A stretch of 64,000 nucleotides of DNA, taken from positions 197,428-261,427 of the forward strand of contig JBGAJA010000003.1 of assembly GCA_044225175.1 (NCBI GenBank). The letters are read 5' to 3'. This document shows positions 63,235 through 64,000 of this stretch, in pieces (positions within the stretch are counted from its first letter, which is position 1; every line of letters starts with the position of its first letter). The stretch is from Candidatus Omnitrophota bacterium (GTDB lineage: Bacteria > Omnitrophota > Gorgyraeia > Zapsychrales > Fredricksoniimonadaceae). A program made the translations under genes and the position numbers. A model generated the notes under the pieces. The model saw nothing but the letters and a program-made list of their open reading frames with translations, was not told the origin of the DNA and did not search any database.

Positions 63235-63947
63235 AATTGTATGGTAAGAATCCCGTATTAGAGCGCATCAAGGCGAATCCTAAAAGCATCAAGCATGTTT
63301 TGATAGAGCAAGGCCATGTGGAGTCTGCTTATATTCATATGAAAGGCAAGCAGTACGGATTTGCAGTCTCAACTGTACCTTACACCAAGATTCAAAGATT
63401 AGCTCAAAGTGTAAATTCTCAAGGGGTTGTGGCAGAGGTTGAAGAATTCCCCTACATGAACATCGATGAACTTTTGCCTATGGCTGTAGAGAAGAAGTGG
63501 TCAGTTCTGTTTTTGGACAACTTGACTGATCCTCAAAATTTGGGAGGAATTATCCGTACATGTGGAAGTTTAGGGGGATTTGCGATTGTTCTTCCAACCA
63601 GTGAGTCGGTCAGCGTAACAGAGTCTGTTCTGCGGGTCGCTTGCGGAGGAGATAATTATGTCCATGTTTCTAAAGTGTCTAATCTTGGAAATGCCATTGA
63701 GAAAGCTAAGAAATTGGGTTTCTGGATCGTTGGAACAGCGACGAAGGAATCAAAACCCATCTTTGATGTTAAACTTCAATTTCCTTTAGGGTTAATTTTG
63801 GGTTCAGAGGAAAAGGGAGTTCGAGATATTCTTCGTAAGAAATTGGATCAGGAAGTCATGATCCCTATGAAACATGAAAGGATGTCGTTGAATGTCGCGC
63901 ATGCCTCGTCCATCATCTGCTACGAAATCATCCGTCAGCGCACTTAA
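63231..63947 (+). CDS. rlmB: 23S rRNA (guanosine-2251-2'-O)-methyltransferase
   Basis: YGKNPV, DPQNLGGIIRT, GSEEKG and SLNVAHA motifs. Confidence 0.9.
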   Translation: MKLYGKNPVLERIKANPKSIKHVLIEQGHVESAYIHMKGKQYGFAVSTVPYTKIQRLAQSVNSQGVVAEVEEFPYMNIDELLPMAVEKKWSVLFLDNLTDPQNLGGIIRTCGSLGGFAIVLPTSESVSVTESVLRVACGGDNYVHVSKVSNLGNAIEKAKKLGFWIVGTATKESKPIFDVKLQFPLGLILGSEEKGVRDILRKKLDQEVMIPMKHERMSLNVAHASSIICYEIIRQRT

Positions 63948-64000
63948 TTTTTTTGCTGAAGCTGGCCTTTTGAAACGTGTCAAAAGAAGCGGCTGGTGGG

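Noticed and set aside
1-64000. CRISPR array, tRNA or rRNA genes
   Set aside because: No regularly spaced direct repeats with unique spacers and no cloverleaf or rRNA signatures seen by eye; tRNAscan/Infernal were not run.

Overview
AT-rich bacterial chromosome segment, almost entirely + strand, from a diderm. The large-protein family and gene content suggest Candidatus Omnitrophota (inference, not searched). Ordinary content: an Rrf2-regulated RND efflux/old-yellow-enzyme/DsbD-MsrB-MsrA redox block (3.4-13 kb); a type IV pilus/T2SS-like cluster with three tandem major pilins and LamG-tipped minor pilins (13.2-25.4 kb); an ECF sigma/anti-sigma/Spy/TolC-MacAB block (30.5-36.3 kb); a peptidoglycan-recycling trio; and housekeeping genes (trxA, panD, def, lipA, mlaEFD, greA, rlmB). 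The notable feature is a family of four ~930-1070 aa signal-peptide proteins (L1 at 432-3230; L2-L4 at 37066-47467). Each has a conserved ~330-370 aa N-terminal domain ending in RKYFSGG, a conserved GGIDLN...ITP C-terminal domain, and a variable middle. The middle is divided into modules by a recurring [DN]-x-A-[MQ] linker; one L4 module is a SAM methyltransferase. L2-L4 form a tandem array in which each gene is preceded by a small secreted Cys/Pro/acidic gene with its own promoter and terminator. The L2 and L3 3' ends resemble the last codons of macB, suggesting duplication junctions. Three fixed loops of the conserved domains carry in-frame palindromic (REP-like) elements, and related elements occur elsewhere in the window. 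No rRNA, tRNA, CRISPR array, integrase or transposase was seen.
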